From positions 1-52,116 of IMG/VR virus record IMGVR_UViG_3300027704_000032: a stretch of 52,116 bases of DNA. One strand, 5' to 3'. The stretch's first letter is position 1. The number at the start of each line of letters is the position of its first letter. The stretch comes from a virus. Its lineage: Duplodnaviria > Caudoviricetes. Below are positions 1 through 10,118 of the stretch, piece after piece. The position numbers were made by a program, and so were the translations under genes. Below the pieces are notes generated by a model, which was not told the DNA's origin, ran no database searches, and saw nothing but the letters and a program-made list of their open reading frames with translations.

Positions 1-2211
1 GGCGTAACAGGTACAGGTGTTTTCCCTCAAGCCCCTGTGACAGGAAGCATGGCTACTGGCTTGCAGACTGCAGGTTTATCTGCTGTACCTGAAACAGTGC
101 AAGCTAGACCTGACTACACTGGCACAACTATGGCTAATCTAACATCACAGTCCCAACAGGGTTTTGGTGGTATGCGTACCTACGAAAATAAAGCTACTGG
201 TCAACAGATAATGATAACAGTAGATGCTTCAGGTAAGCCTATGACGTATGTACCCCCTGGATTTACGCTTAAGCAAGGCATGTACAAAGGTGGTGCTGTA
301 CAAGGCTATGCTGAAGGTGGTTCAACCGACAGGATGCTGGAAGCTAAGTTTCGCATTGCAGAAATGAATGGTTACTCTGGACCTAAAACTAATGCGTCTC
401 TTAATGCCTATGCAAATGCTAGCCCTGCTATGACTGCTAAATTTAATGCTATCGGTGCCTCTATGAATAAGGGTGGTATGGTTAAATTTTTTGATGAAGG
501 GGGTGTAGTTGATCATGCTCATCCTCATGACGGTTGGCAAAGTGCTACAGTTTCTGATGCAGATGCAGCAAATACCGCACAAGCAGATCAATTTCAAAGT
601 ATGCAACAAAACTTAGTTGCACAAACCATGCAACCTATGCAGTCTAATGTGGGTATGATACAACCTCAAGCTGCAGACTTTATAGGCTCTACTGCAGGTC
701 AAGCAACAGCTGTTGCACCTATGGCTCAAGTTGCGCAAGTGGGTAGTGTTCAGCAAGCACAGATGCCTATGATGACTCCCTCTGCTACATTTGATTCGTT
801 AGCGGTAGCCCCACAAGTAGCAGCTGAAACAGCTTCTATGCAGGCTGCTCAAGGTACAGTATCAGATCAAGCTCAGACCACAGCACAGCAACAACTTACA
901 TCCGGTGTCACTGGTATGTCTGCTGCTCAAGGTACAGCCACTATGGTTAATGCCCCTGCTGCACGTGAAATACAGTCAGGTGAGATTATCTCTGGTGTAG
1001 CTGATGCTGAGAAGGCTGCTACATTTAATGAGCAGATCCAAGCGGCTACTGCTACACCTTCTGCACAAGCTACTGTAGCAGGCCAACTAGAAGGTCTCAT
1101 GCAACAGTTTGAAGGTGGTGCAACACCTACATGGGCTGCTGGTTCCATGAGAGCAGCTACAGCTACGTTAGCTGCCAGAGGTCTTGGTGCTTCTAGCATG
1201 GCAGGGCAAGCAGTTATTCAAGCTACAATGGAAGCTGCAATTCCTATTGCTCAAATGGATGCACAAGTACAGGCACAATTTGAAGGTCAGAACTTGTCAA
1301 ACCGTCAAGCACGTGCTATGCTATCTGCACAACAACGTGCTCAGTTTCTTGGCATGGAGTTTGATCAAGCTTTCCAATCCCGTGTTGCTAACTCAGCACG
1401 TATTGGTGACATAGCTAATATGAACTTTACTGCAGAACAAAACGTTGCTCTTGAGAACTCTCGTGCTGCTAATACCATGAACCTTAACAACCTGTCTAAC
1501 AGTCAGGCTATGGTAATGGCTGAAGCTGCAGCTTTGTCTAACTTAGACATGGCTAATCTAAATAACCGGCAACAGTCTGCTGTACAAAATGCTCAGAACT
1601 TTATGCAGATGGACATGACTAACTTGTCCAACCTACAGCAAACTCAAATGTTTAGGGCACAACAAAACATTCAGTCTATGTTTACTGACCAAGCTGCAGA
1701 AAATGCTTCTAAACAATTTAATGCTGCTAGTGAGAACCAGACCAATCAGTTTTTTGCTAACCTATCTGGTCAGACTTCACAATTCAATGCTTCTCAGCAG
1801 AATGCAATGGATCAGTTCAACGTCAACTCAGTCAATGCTCTGCGTGAGTTTAACTCTGAGATCCAGCAACAGCGTGACTTGTTCAATGCACAGAATGGCC
1901 TTGTGATAGCACAGTCTAATGCCCAGTGGCGTCAGAACTTAGCTACACTTAACACAGCCGCTCAGAATGATAGTAACAGAGAATTTGCTGCCACTATGAA
2001 TGGTTTGACTGCTGGTAACTTAGAGCAGATATGGCAACGTGAACGAGACATTATGGACTACTCTTATAGAACTGCTAAAGACCAACAAGATCGTGCTCTT
2101 AGTATTGTACTTGCCGATAAAAAATATGAAGAGTATGCAAAGGTAAGGGCTGATGATGAGGAGACCAATATGTTCGAGTTTTTCACAACCAAAATCTTAG
2201 GTCTTAAGTAA
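1..2211 (+). CDS. Internal virion (ejection) protein, Ala/Gln/Asn/Met-rich coiled coil; 5'-truncated (frame open from base 1)
   Basis: Frame 1 has no stop from position 1 (GVTGTGVFPQAP...) to TAA at 2211. Long low-complexity QN/AQ helical region. Lies after the tail genes and before an SLT-bearing gene, as podoviral internal core proteins do. Confidence 0.6.
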   Translation, partial: GVTGTGVFPQAPVTGSMATGLQTAGLSAVPETVQARPDYTGTTMANLTSQSQQGFGGMRTYENKATGQQIMITVDASGKPMTYVPPGFTLKQGMYKGGAVQGYAEGGSTDRMLEAKFRIAEMNGYSGPKTNASLNAYANASPAMTAKFNAIGASMNKGGMVKFFDEGGVVDHAHPHDGWQSATVSDADAANTAQADQFQSMQQNLVAQTMQPMQSNVGMIQPQAADFIGSTAGQATAVAPMAQVAQVGSVQQAQMPMMTPSATFDSLAVAPQVAAETASMQAAQGTVSDQAQTTAQQQLTSGVTGMSAAQGTATMVNAPAAREIQSGEIISGVADAEKAATFNEQIQAATATPSAQATVAGQLEGLMQQFEGGATPTWAAGSMRAATATLAARGLGASSMAGQAVIQATMEAAIPIAQMDAQVQAQFEGQNLSNRQARAMLSAQQRAQFLGMEFDQAFQSRVANSARIGDIANMNFTAEQNVALENSRAANTMNLNNLSNSQAMVMAEAAALSNLDMANLNNRQQSAVQNAQNFMQMDMTNLSNLQQTQMFRAQQNIQSMFTDQAAENASKQFNAASENQTNQFFANLSGQTSQFNASQQNAMDQFNVNSVNALREFNSEIQQQRDLFNAQNGLVIAQSNAQWRQNLATLNTAAQNDSNREFAATMNGLTAGNLEQIWQRERDIMDYSYRTAKDQQDRALSIVLADKKYEEYAKVRADDEETNMFEFFTTKILGLK

Positions 2212-2222
2212 GGAATAAAAAC

Positions 2223-3119
2223 GTGGCAGAGTACACAAAAATTTTAAATACCGCTAGGGAACAAGCAGATGCTAGACTAGCACCAGTAAGTAATAGTTCT
2301 TTTCAAAATACACTTGATGAGGCCGGGGATAGTAATCTACTTAGGCCAAGTAATCGTGGGTTGATGGCGGCTAAGGTACCTTCGGTTGCTTTTACTGGCA
2401 GAACTTCTATTGCTGACGAGGTTGAAGAAGATGACTTCTTAACCAGTTACTTTAATCGTCTACGTGAGCAGAACAAAACTACTAAAGCTGAGGTGCAAAA
2501 ATACTTTGATGATAACCCTGAAAGTATTGCTGTTGAGGGTAGGGAAGCAGAGTTTGTTGGGGGGTTTAACCTACCTAAAAATCTAGTTGGTAAAAGAGGG
2601 ACTGAGGATGTAGAAGTTGCAAGCCAATCTTACTTTAACTCCGACATACTAGATAGAAAATACGGCGGTAACTCTCGTGAAGCTGGTGATGTTTCTCTTG
2701 AGGTACAGCAAAGAGTTATTAAATCAATCATAAATGAGGGTTCTAGAGTAGGACTAAGTGACAAAGAAATTGCAATTGCTTTAGCAACAGCCAGGCATGA
2801 ATCAGGTTTTAATCCAGATGCATCTGCAAAGTCTAGTAGTGCAACAGGCATTGGGCAATTTATCAACGATACTGGGACTGCCTACGGAATTAAAGATACT
2901 AACCGTTGGGATATGGATACGCAAGTAGATGCTTTAGTAAATCACGTATATGATAATGCTAAGCTTGCCCGTAAGAAGGGTTATGGAGATGAGTACATCT
3001 ACGCTCTTCATCATGATGGCCCTGCTCTTGATAGAACTGGCTTAAGTAAATCAAAAGAACTTGTAATGCCATATGTAAGTGGGTACCTAAAATTAATTAA
3101 AGAGTTCAGAGGAAACTAG
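2223..3119 (+). CDS. Internal virion protein with C-terminal lytic transglycosylase (SLT/lysozyme-like) domain
   Basis: ARHESGFNPDASAKSSSATGIGQF matches the SLT ES..N...A.G..Q signature. GTG start with AAGGA upstream. Confidence 0.75.
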   Translation: MAEYTKILNTAREQADARLAPVSNSSFQNTLDEAGDSNLLRPSNRGLMAAKVPSVAFTGRTSIADEVEEDDFLTSYFNRLREQNKTTKAEVQKYFDDNPESIAVEGREAEFVGGFNLPKNLVGKRGTEDVEVASQSYFNSDILDRKYGGNSREAGDVSLEVQQRVIKSIINEGSRVGLSDKEIAIALATARHESGFNPDASAKSSSATGIGQFINDTGTAYGIKDTNRWDMDTQVDALVNHVYDNAKLARKKGYGDEYIYALHHDGPALDRTGLSKSKELVMPYVSGYLKLIKEFRGN

Positions 3120-3120
3120 T

Positions 3121-3678
3121 ATGTTTAACGCACCGATACCAGGACAGTCACTTACTTCTGAGCCTAGAAACTATCCTTGGGAAAACCCACCTGAGTTTCC
3201 TGATGCAGAAGGAGCACTGTTGTTCCACATGGACAGGCTAAAAAAGCCTGACATAATGGAAGCTGTTGCAGGACTTCTAACCCTAGGTCTCGATGTTGTA
3301 ACTCTTACAGAAGGTATCTTGAGAGGTGGTGTTGCTGATGGTCGTCACAGTATAGATATATCTATGTTAATTGGGCCTATTGTACACGAGTATATTGTAG
3401 GGGTAGCGGACGCTGCTGGGATTGATTATGACGAGGGTCTTGAAGAAGAAGAGATGGATCTAGAAAGAGTTAAGTACTCAGTCAGATCTAAAGAGGCCAA
3501 GAAGATCTTGGAAGAGATTAAGTCTGATGAAGATATAGATTTAGGTGATATGGAATCTGACATGCCAGAAGGAATGGACATGCAAGAGGATACTGCGGAT
3601 ATTCTTGAAGAAGAACTTGAAGATATGGTAGTAGAAGAAGAGAAGCCGATGGGCTTAATGTCTAGGGGGACTGTCTAA
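3121..3678 (+). CDS. Hypothetical acidic protein, internal virion cluster
   Basis: 185-aa ORF beginning APIPGQSLT..P..YPWE.PP with an acidic C-terminus; tightly packed with its neighbours. Confidence 0.6.
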   Translation: MFNAPIPGQSLTSEPRNYPWENPPEFPDAEGALLFHMDRLKKPDIMEAVAGLLTLGLDVVTLTEGILRGGVADGRHSIDISMLIGPIVHEYIVGVADAAGIDYDEGLEEEEMDLERVKYSVRSKEAKKILEEIKSDEDIDLGDMESDMPEGMDMQEDTADILEEELEDMVVEEEKPMGLMSRGTV

Positions 3679-4748
3679 TGGGTATGTGGAAGGGTATAAA
3701 TCAGGGTAATAAAGCATATGAAGCTAATCTGTTAGCCGAAAAGAACATACAACTTTCTGAAGATGAACTTGATATCCGCAGGAGAAATTCTGACAGAGCT
3801 GATAAAAAGTTTGAATCAGAGGAGACTATGAGACAAGTAGAGATGGCTACACTTATTAGGAATAATTTAGGTGGCTCATTTTCCCCTGTAAAAACAAGCT
3901 CTGGAGGTGGTTCCTCAACTAAGGTTTCGGAGACAGAGCTTAAAAAAAATATGGCAGTATTAACTACAAGATTTCAAATTCCAGCAGCAGAAGTGCAAGA
4001 TCTGCATGCAAAAGGTGGTGCTTCCGCTGTTGTTGAGTTAGTTAAAATAGGTAATACATACTCTAATAAGTTTAAGACAGGTGAATATCTTGGAGAAGCC
4101 CCAAACATTGTTATAGGTCAAATGTTATCCGATGCAATCTTTACACAGTCTGAAGAAGTAGCATATGATTGGAACAAGATTAATGAGCAGGTTGGTTTTG
4201 AGGTTAATGAGACTATTAGAACTATGGTAGGTTCAGGGTATGTGATACCAGGTACAGCTTCTTTTGAAGCTCCTGCTTTAATAGAGAAACCTACTTTAGC
4301 TGAACTTGATGCGGCAGATAAACGAGGGGTAGTTAATGTTGAAGCTCAGTCTCGTGCTGATGCTAAAGCTATTAATGGTAGGTTGAATGCAATACGTACT
4401 AGGCAACAGTCTTCGGAACTTAGTTCAATAGAAAACTTAGAGCTTCAATGGTTAGTAGAACGGCAGGGACAAATTTCGTCTGCTCAAGAATCTTTTAAAG
4501 ATGACTTGTTTACTCCACTAATTGAGTTGTATGGATCTTCCTATTTAGAAACTGTAACTGAATTTTATCCTAAGTTACAGAATGCACCGTTAAACCCAGC
4601 ATTTAAACTGGCCTCTCAACAACCAGTTGATGTTCAAAGCGAAGAACTTTATGTACAACTGTACCGATCAGGTATAATTAAAAATGGTCAGGTAGTACAG
4701 TATATAAATTCTGCCGGGGAAGTAGTTGAAGAAATTGTAGGTCAGTAA
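3678..4748 (+). CDS. Putative internal virion protein
   Basis: 356-aa ORF with TAATG coupling at both ends; position in the internal protein cluster. Confidence 0.5.
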   Translation: MGMWKGINQGNKAYEANLLAEKNIQLSEDELDIRRRNSDRADKKFESEETMRQVEMATLIRNNLGGSFSPVKTSSGGGSSTKVSETELKKNMAVLTTRFQIPAAEVQDLHAKGGASAVVELVKIGNTYSNKFKTGEYLGEAPNIVIGQMLSDAIFTQSEEVAYDWNKINEQVGFEVNETIRTMVGSGYVIPGTASFEAPALIEKPTLAELDAADKRGVVNVEAQSRADAKAINGRLNAIRTRQQSSELSSIENLELQWLVERQGQISSAQESFKDDLFTPLIELYGSSYLETVTEFYPKLQNAPLNPAFKLASQQPVDVQSEELYVQLYRSGIIKNGQVVQYINSAGEVVEEIVGQ

Positions 4749-7700
4749 TGAGCAATATAAATAATCTTCTAGAGAAGTACGAGGAGACACCTCAAGAAGA
4801 CGAGGCGTCTGTATTGGATACTGTGCCTGAAGTTCAAACTCAGGGCAGTAATATTCAAGATTTAAGTACCCGTTATCCAGATCAATCTGAAGTAGATACA
4901 AGTACCTCAAACATAGAAAAATTAGTGGGAAAAACTACAAACAATAGTAGGACACTACCATCTGAACAACTAGGTTTTGTAGACTTAGATTCTGTGTTCG
5001 AAGAGTACGGTCGTAAACTAATTAAAGAAGACTTCCTAGAAGATGATCGTCTGATGGATGTGGTGTACCAAAGTCTTGAAGCTAGGTATCAACCTGCTGG
5101 TGTCATAGGTACTACCTACCGTGGTGTCTCTGGCCTAGCTGGTGGTGATACTGGTGGCGGTGCTTTTGGCCCTCGTGACTATAGAACTATGGATAAAGAA
5201 GATGCCTTTGAGATATGGCAGAACTATCAGCGTTCATTTACTGGTGGTCAGAGTATTACGACAGCTAATGAAATAGCTATGAGTCTATCTGCAGATGACA
5301 GTGTACGTAATAAACTAGGTGCAGGGTACTTACTTTTTGATCAGATGGACAATGCGTTTACTGGTGAAGGCTCATGGGCTGAAATGGGTGATGCCACTTG
5401 GGACTATACTAAGGCAGCTATATATGATCCTACTACACTGTTGTCGTTTGGCTTAGGTAAAGTCCTTACCTTTGGTGCTACTAAAGCATCAACTGCAGCA
5501 GTTAGACTAACAATGATTAAAGGTTTTCAAGCCTACGTTAAGAATGGTATGTCAAAGACAGCTGCACGTCAGGCTGTAGGCAAAGTAGTAGCTAAAGTTG
5601 CTCCAGTTGTAGCAGCTGAGGCTATAATTAATGTGGGTGTAGATGCTGCATATCAAATGCAACTCATGGGTACAGGTGCTCAAGAAGAATTTAGTGGGTC
5701 ACAGTCAGCAATGGTTGCAGCAGGTTCTATCCTTATGCCAGCAGTATTGTTTGGAACCAGTGGTGCAGTGAGTGGACTTAGAAGGTCCGACTTCCTAAAG
5801 GATAGTTGGATAGGCTCTAAAGAATTAGATGTTGCAGCACTGAAGATGGATGCAAAAACTGCAATGGCAGAGTCAAGGAAGCGTATAAAGAACAAACAAC
5901 TTATAGATACTGTTGATGAAAACTTTGGAAGAATCTCAGGTGGTGACGCTGGCTTCATGGCTTGGGAAACTATTAAAGTTAAAGCCAAATCTGCAATTGC
6001 TAGGAAGCAAGAGATAGATACTGACACAGAAACAATGAATATTTTTATGTCTAATTTTTGGCAAGGAGCTAAAGATGGTAGCACAAAGGGTTACTATGCA
6101 GCACTTAGAGAAGCTGGTTTTAGGGCAACCCCCGCCATGATAGATGAATATAAAATTACAGGTACTTTTGCTCAAACTATTATGTTTTTAAAACCAAGTA
6201 CAGTAAAAAATATAATGACTACTTTTGAAAAAGAAACGGGAAGAAAGCTTAACATCAAAAAGACACCAGCAGGTCTGAGAGATCATATGATCAAACAAGC
6301 TTCTGATGCTGGTGGGACATTGAAGCTTTCTTCTCAGTTGTCTCGCCTAGAAAAATTAAGAGGTGCAGAACTTACCACTGCACTTAAGAATATGGGTACG
6401 GGTAAGATGCCCAGCGATCCAAAGAAGTTGCAGTTTGCATTGTCTGTTTATAAAAGACTTATTACCTCACACCTATCTACTACAGGTGCTAACGTAAAAG
6501 GTTTTGCTCAACTAGTGTCCCTTAACACAGCGGCTGATCTATTTACCTCTGCAATTGACTACACTATAGCTGGGGGAGCAAAGTTAGCTGGCAAAACTGA
6601 TGTTGCAAAAATATACTCTGACCGAGGCTATGGTTCTTTTCTTGGTGCTCTTCGTAGAGGTGCCTCAGTATTGTCACCTGAGTTAGATTATAAGTTTGGT
6701 CAACAAATACTAGAGTTAAACCCTAAGACAGCTGAAACTCTTTTCAGAGATGTAAGTGGTGATGGTGGTGTTAGAGATGCCCTTGAGCACTTCAATCTAG
6801 ATCCTAAGGGTAAGGTAGACTCTGAAGGTAAACTAATAAATAAAGATGCGACACTAGACCCCAACAGTTTAACATACCTCACAGCTAAGGGTATGGATTC
6901 AGTGACCAAAGGTGCTCAGACAGTTACACTGGTTAGAATGCAGGACGAGATTACTAAGACTTGGGCTTTTGGTACTAACGTAAATCAATACATCATGCGT
7001 GAGTATGGTACCACACCTCAAAAATTCTTTGCTAAAAGTGATGCAGCACTTGAGATGGCATCCGATAGATTTCAAAAGAACGTACTTGAAAAAGCTGCCT
7101 TCCGTACTATGAGGGAGACTGCTTCTGTAAACTGGTCTACACTGCCAGCTAACAATGTATTTAGATCGGCAGCAAGATTCATTGAACAGATAACTAACAA
7201 AACTCCTATTGGTTTTATCGTACCCTTCGGTAGCTTTTTGAATACAACCATAGCTACAATGGGTGACCTATCTGGATTCAATGCTATAAGATTTAGTCTC
7301 GAAAAAATGACAGGTAAGAAACACGACTTTGCAACTCAAGAGGGTGCTGAAGCTTTTGGTCGTATGGCCGCTGGCTGGTCTGCTGTAGGCCTTGGTACCT
7401 ACGCTGCAGGTGGTGCAATAGATAGGGTAAAGGAAGGTCTAGCATGGAACCAAGAGAGAAATTCCGATGGTTCTATAGGAGATGTAACATTTGACTGGCC
7501 CTACTCTACTATTAGAGTTGTTGAACAAATGCTTGCACATTCTACTAAAGGTAACCCCAATCCATTTGAGGGTCTTAAGGATATCTCTTTTAAAGAAATA
7601 CCTGATGATCTATGGGCGGAACTTAGGAACCAACTAGGTGGTCAATCAGTACGTGATTTAAAAGATTTTGAGAGGAGTCTTTTAGAATACGGTAATAATT

Positions 7701-8515
7701 TATTAGAGCTTAAAGAGTCTGAACTTATTACTGGAGAGTTTGCGGGACCATTACTTAGTACTGTTGTCGAAACATTGGAAGACTTAATTCTCCCACCTGC
7801 CGGTAGAGTAGTTCAAGGTATGTCTCGACCACTCGATCCAGTGAATCAAGTTTGGGGTTTAGTATCAGACAAGAACATGACACCTGACCTAAGACAAGGG
7901 CCTGAGAAATACAATCAGGCAATAAAGTATGTCAATAATCTTTTTGATAGTTTAGGTCTACCTTCCTCGACTGACCTACCTAGAAGAGCTATGCCTACCC
8001 GTGGTACAAATCTCAAGGTAGATCCAGGTAAACAAATACTTGGTGTTCGTGGATCTCGTGAGCCTAACCTAATAGAGACTATGCTGAATGCATCTGGTAT
8101 GTCATCTTGGAAAGCTATTAAGTTTGATGGGCCAGCTGAGGTTAAAAACTATATGGATGGTATGGTAGCACCATACTTAGAATCTTCTGCAAGAAGATAC
8201 TTGAAAAAAAATCCAGAGTTCTTTAAGATGAATCAGGCAGACAAAGAAAAAATAGTTAAGTCTCTTATCGAAGAAGCCAAGGGTAATGTACTAAAGACAA
8301 TGCAGTCAGGGCCAATACCACGTAGTTTAGAAATGGTCAGGGTCTTGTCTGGTAAAAATAAAGATGAAGTTAAAAATGTTATGAAGTTCCTTGGCATTGA
8401 GGGCGAGCTAGAAGACCTATTAAAAAAGGAGGATGCACTAAGCACCCTCCAGAAAATTGATATGTTAGTAAAGAACTACGACAAGATCTTCCACGGTGAC
8501 CTTAAGATAGACTAA
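4748..8515 (+). CDS. Large internal virion (ejectosome-like) protein
   Basis: 1255-aa ORF, last gene of the structural arm, with Gly/Ala-rich hydrophobic helical stretches; analogous in position and size to T7 gp16-type proteins. Confidence 0.6.
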   Translation: MSNINNLLEKYEETPQEDEASVLDTVPEVQTQGSNIQDLSTRYPDQSEVDTSTSNIEKLVGKTTNNSRTLPSEQLGFVDLDSVFEEYGRKLIKEDFLEDDRLMDVVYQSLEARYQPAGVIGTTYRGVSGLAGGDTGGGAFGPRDYRTMDKEDAFEIWQNYQRSFTGGQSITTANEIAMSLSADDSVRNKLGAGYLLFDQMDNAFTGEGSWAEMGDATWDYTKAAIYDPTTLLSFGLGKVLTFGATKASTAAVRLTMIKGFQAYVKNGMSKTAARQAVGKVVAKVAPVVAAEAIINVGVDAAYQMQLMGTGAQEEFSGSQSAMVAAGSILMPAVLFGTSGAVSGLRRSDFLKDSWIGSKELDVAALKMDAKTAMAESRKRIKNKQLIDTVDENFGRISGGDAGFMAWETIKVKAKSAIARKQEIDTDTETMNIFMSNFWQGAKDGSTKGYYAALREAGFRATPAMIDEYKITGTFAQTIMFLKPSTVKNIMTTFEKETGRKLNIKKTPAGLRDHMIKQASDAGGTLKLSSQLSRLEKLRGAELTTALKNMGTGKMPSDPKKLQFALSVYKRLITSHLSTTGANVKGFAQLVSLNTAADLFTSAIDYTIAGGAKLAGKTDVAKIYSDRGYGSFLGALRRGASVLSPELDYKFGQQILELNPKTAETLFRDVSGDGGVRDALEHFNLDPKGKVDSEGKLINKDATLDPNSLTYLTAKGMDSVTKGAQTVTLVRMQDEITKTWAFGTNVNQYIMREYGTTPQKFFAKSDAALEMASDRFQKNVLEKAAFRTMRETASVNWSTLPANNVFRSAARFIEQITNKTPIGFIVPFGSFLNTTIATMGDLSGFNAIRFSLEKMTGKKHDFATQEGAEAFGRMAAGWSAVGLGTYAAGGAIDRVKEGLAWNQERNSDGSIGDVTFDWPYSTIRVVEQMLAHSTKGNPNPFEGLKDISFKEIPDDLWAELRNQLGGQSVRDLKDFERSLLEYGNNLLELKESELITGEFAGPLLSTVVETLEDLILPPAGRVVQGMSRPLDPVNQVWGLVSDKNMTPDLRQGPEKYNQAIKYVNNLFDSLGLPSSTDLPRRAMPTRGTNLKVDPGKQILGVRGSREPNLIETMLNASGMSSWKAIKFDGPAEVKNYMDGMVAPYLESSARRYLKKNPEFFKMNQADKEKIVKSLIEEAKGNVLKTMQSGPIPRSLEMVRVLSGKNKDEVKNVMKFLGIEGELEDLLKKEDALSTLQKIDMLVKNYDKIFHGDLKID

Positions 8516-8745
8516 TCATCATCTAACATATGGTCCGCCCAATCATAGGCTTCTCGTTTGACATCATCAACACGAACAGACCCCTGTCTACCAGATAGTA
8601 ACCCCGCAAGAGCTTGTCCTGCAAGGTACAGTCTGGCGGTCAGGGGTTTATCTTTTAGTGCCTTCGCATCCCTGAAGTCCCTCGCTTCTTCTAGCAAGGT
8701 GTTCTTTTTCTTAGGTCTACCTACAGGCTTACCAGTACTACTCAT
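8512..8745 (-). CDS. Hypothetical protein (N-terminal GRPKK AT-hook-like; AGQALAGLL...AY..AD.ML motif common in phages)
   Basis: 77-aa ORF with AGGAGG RBS and ATGA overlap with phoH. Confidence 0.65.
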   Translation of the reverse strand: MSSTGKPVGRPKKKNTLLEEARDFRDAKALKDKPLTARLYLAGQALAGLLSGRQGSVRVDDVKREAYDWADHMLDDD

Positions 8746-9455
8746 ATCCCCTCCTTTAAGAATACCTTAACCCACTGTGCACAGATATCACTACGTACAA
8801 TGTCATCAATACCGAACTCAATGACAGGCACAGGCATCATGTGTTTCTTTGCCAGATGAATAACCTTAGAGAGACCGTCACCACTAGGCAGGTCACTCTG
8901 TTGTACATCACCATTCAATACAATTTTACTACCCTCACCTACCCTAGTCAACAACATCTTTAACTCATGGGTTGTTATGTTCTGTGTTTCATCTACAATA
9001 ATAAAGGAATTATCAAAGCTACGTCCACGCATAAGAGCCAGAGGTGCCATCTCGATGTTGCCATTTTTAATTCCTGTCTCTACTGCACCCTTACCAAGGT
9101 GTTTGATCAACACGTCCAGCACTGGTAAGGCCCAAGGGTATGTCTTCTCTTCAAGTGTACCTGGAAGATACCCGATGTCTTTACCCACTGTAATGTGAGG
9201 CCTGGTGATGACAATCTTATCAATCTCTTTGGTAATGTAGAGATCAGCTGCAAAGGTAGCAGTAACATAAGTCTTACCAGTACCAGCAGGGCCTAGGATA
9301 AAGACTTGATTGCCACCACTCAAGGCAGCTATCAGCTTACCCTGAGTGATTGTCTTGGGTACAAGACCGGAAGTTTCCTTCTTGCTTGCACCCTTGTAGT
9401 TTGTTTTTCGTCGTGACCTTACCTGCTTCTTAGGTGGTTCAAGAGAATCAATCAT
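8742..9455 (-). CDS. phoH: PhoH-like ATPase
   Basis: GPAGTGKT Walker A, TRP, IGYLPG..EK, MRGRSF, DETQN, LLTRVG, GD..QSD and VRS motifs. Confidence 0.95.
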   Translation of the reverse strand: MIDSLEPPKKQVRSRRKTNYKGASKKETSGLVPKTITQGKLIAALSGGNQVFILGPAGTGKTYVTATFAADLYITKEIDKIVITRPHITVGKDIGYLPGTLEEKTYPWALPVLDVLIKHLGKGAVETGIKNGNIEMAPLALMRGRSFDNSFIIVDETQNITTHELKMLLTRVGEGSKIVLNGDVQQSDLPSGDGLSKVIHLAKKHMMPVPVIEFGIDDIVRSDICAQWVKVFLKEGI

Positions 9456-9901
9456 AGTTTAACCAACTCTGCCTTTGTGTAAGGGATGTGGAAGAATAAC
9501 TCACCGGGCTTGATGTACCTACCCTTAGCTTCCTTCAAGCTTTCTTTGGTAAGTAGTGTGTCCTTGATACGCCAAGCCTGCTTGAAATCTTTACGGAAGA
9601 CATAGAAGTTTAGTACCCCATTGTCACCATCATACTTATCAAGTAGTCTTTGCTTACGTTCTGGAATACGGATCTCATCCCAATGGGCAGGCCAATCACC
9701 ATCCCATGCAACCTTTACCTCAGCTTCGTTAAGAAATGTAAGGCCATGCTTTTGTGATACGACATCAACGAAGTAGTTCTCCTCTGTAGTTACGATGACA
9801 TGGTCTTTAGATTCTAAGTGAGAGACCAGTGCATCTTTTGCTTGTTTATCGTAGGCTTCATATAAGGCTCGGTTAAAACTCTTTCGTACTGGTTTCATCA
9901 A
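9452..9901 (-). CDS. Hypothetical protein, possibly PD-(D/E)XK nuclease fold
   Basis: 149-aa ORF; VD...EAEVK resembles a D...ExK active site. Confidence 0.5.
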   Translation of the reverse strand: MMKPVRKSFNRALYEAYDKQAKDALVSHLESKDHVIVTTEENYFVDVVSQKHGLTFLNEAEVKVAWDGDWPAHWDEIRIPERKQRLLDKYDGDNGVLNFYVFRKDFKQAWRIKDTLLTKESLKEAKGRYIKPGELFFHIPYTKAELVKL

Positions 9902-10118
9902 AGTATTCCTTTAGTTCTCTGTAGCCCCCGACATGGGTTCCATCTGGTTTAAAGATTTGTGGTACTGTAGTATACCCTGCTTGCTTAACAAGAGTCAACA
10001 CCCACTTATTAGAGGAGGAGTCTACAGAGTAGGGGGTGTATGACTCCCCCCTACCATTAAGCAAGGCCTTAGCACTGTCACAAAAGTTGCACTGGCTCCT
10101 TGTTATTATTGTCCACAT
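9873..10118 (-). CDS. Glutaredoxin
   Basis: CNFC active site, TVPQIF and HVGG motifs; adjacent to RNR. Confidence 0.9.
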   Translation of the reverse strand: MWTIITRSQCNFCDSAKALLNGRGESYTPYSVDSSSNKWVLTLVKQAGYTTVPQIFKPDGTHVGGYRELKEYFDETSTKEF

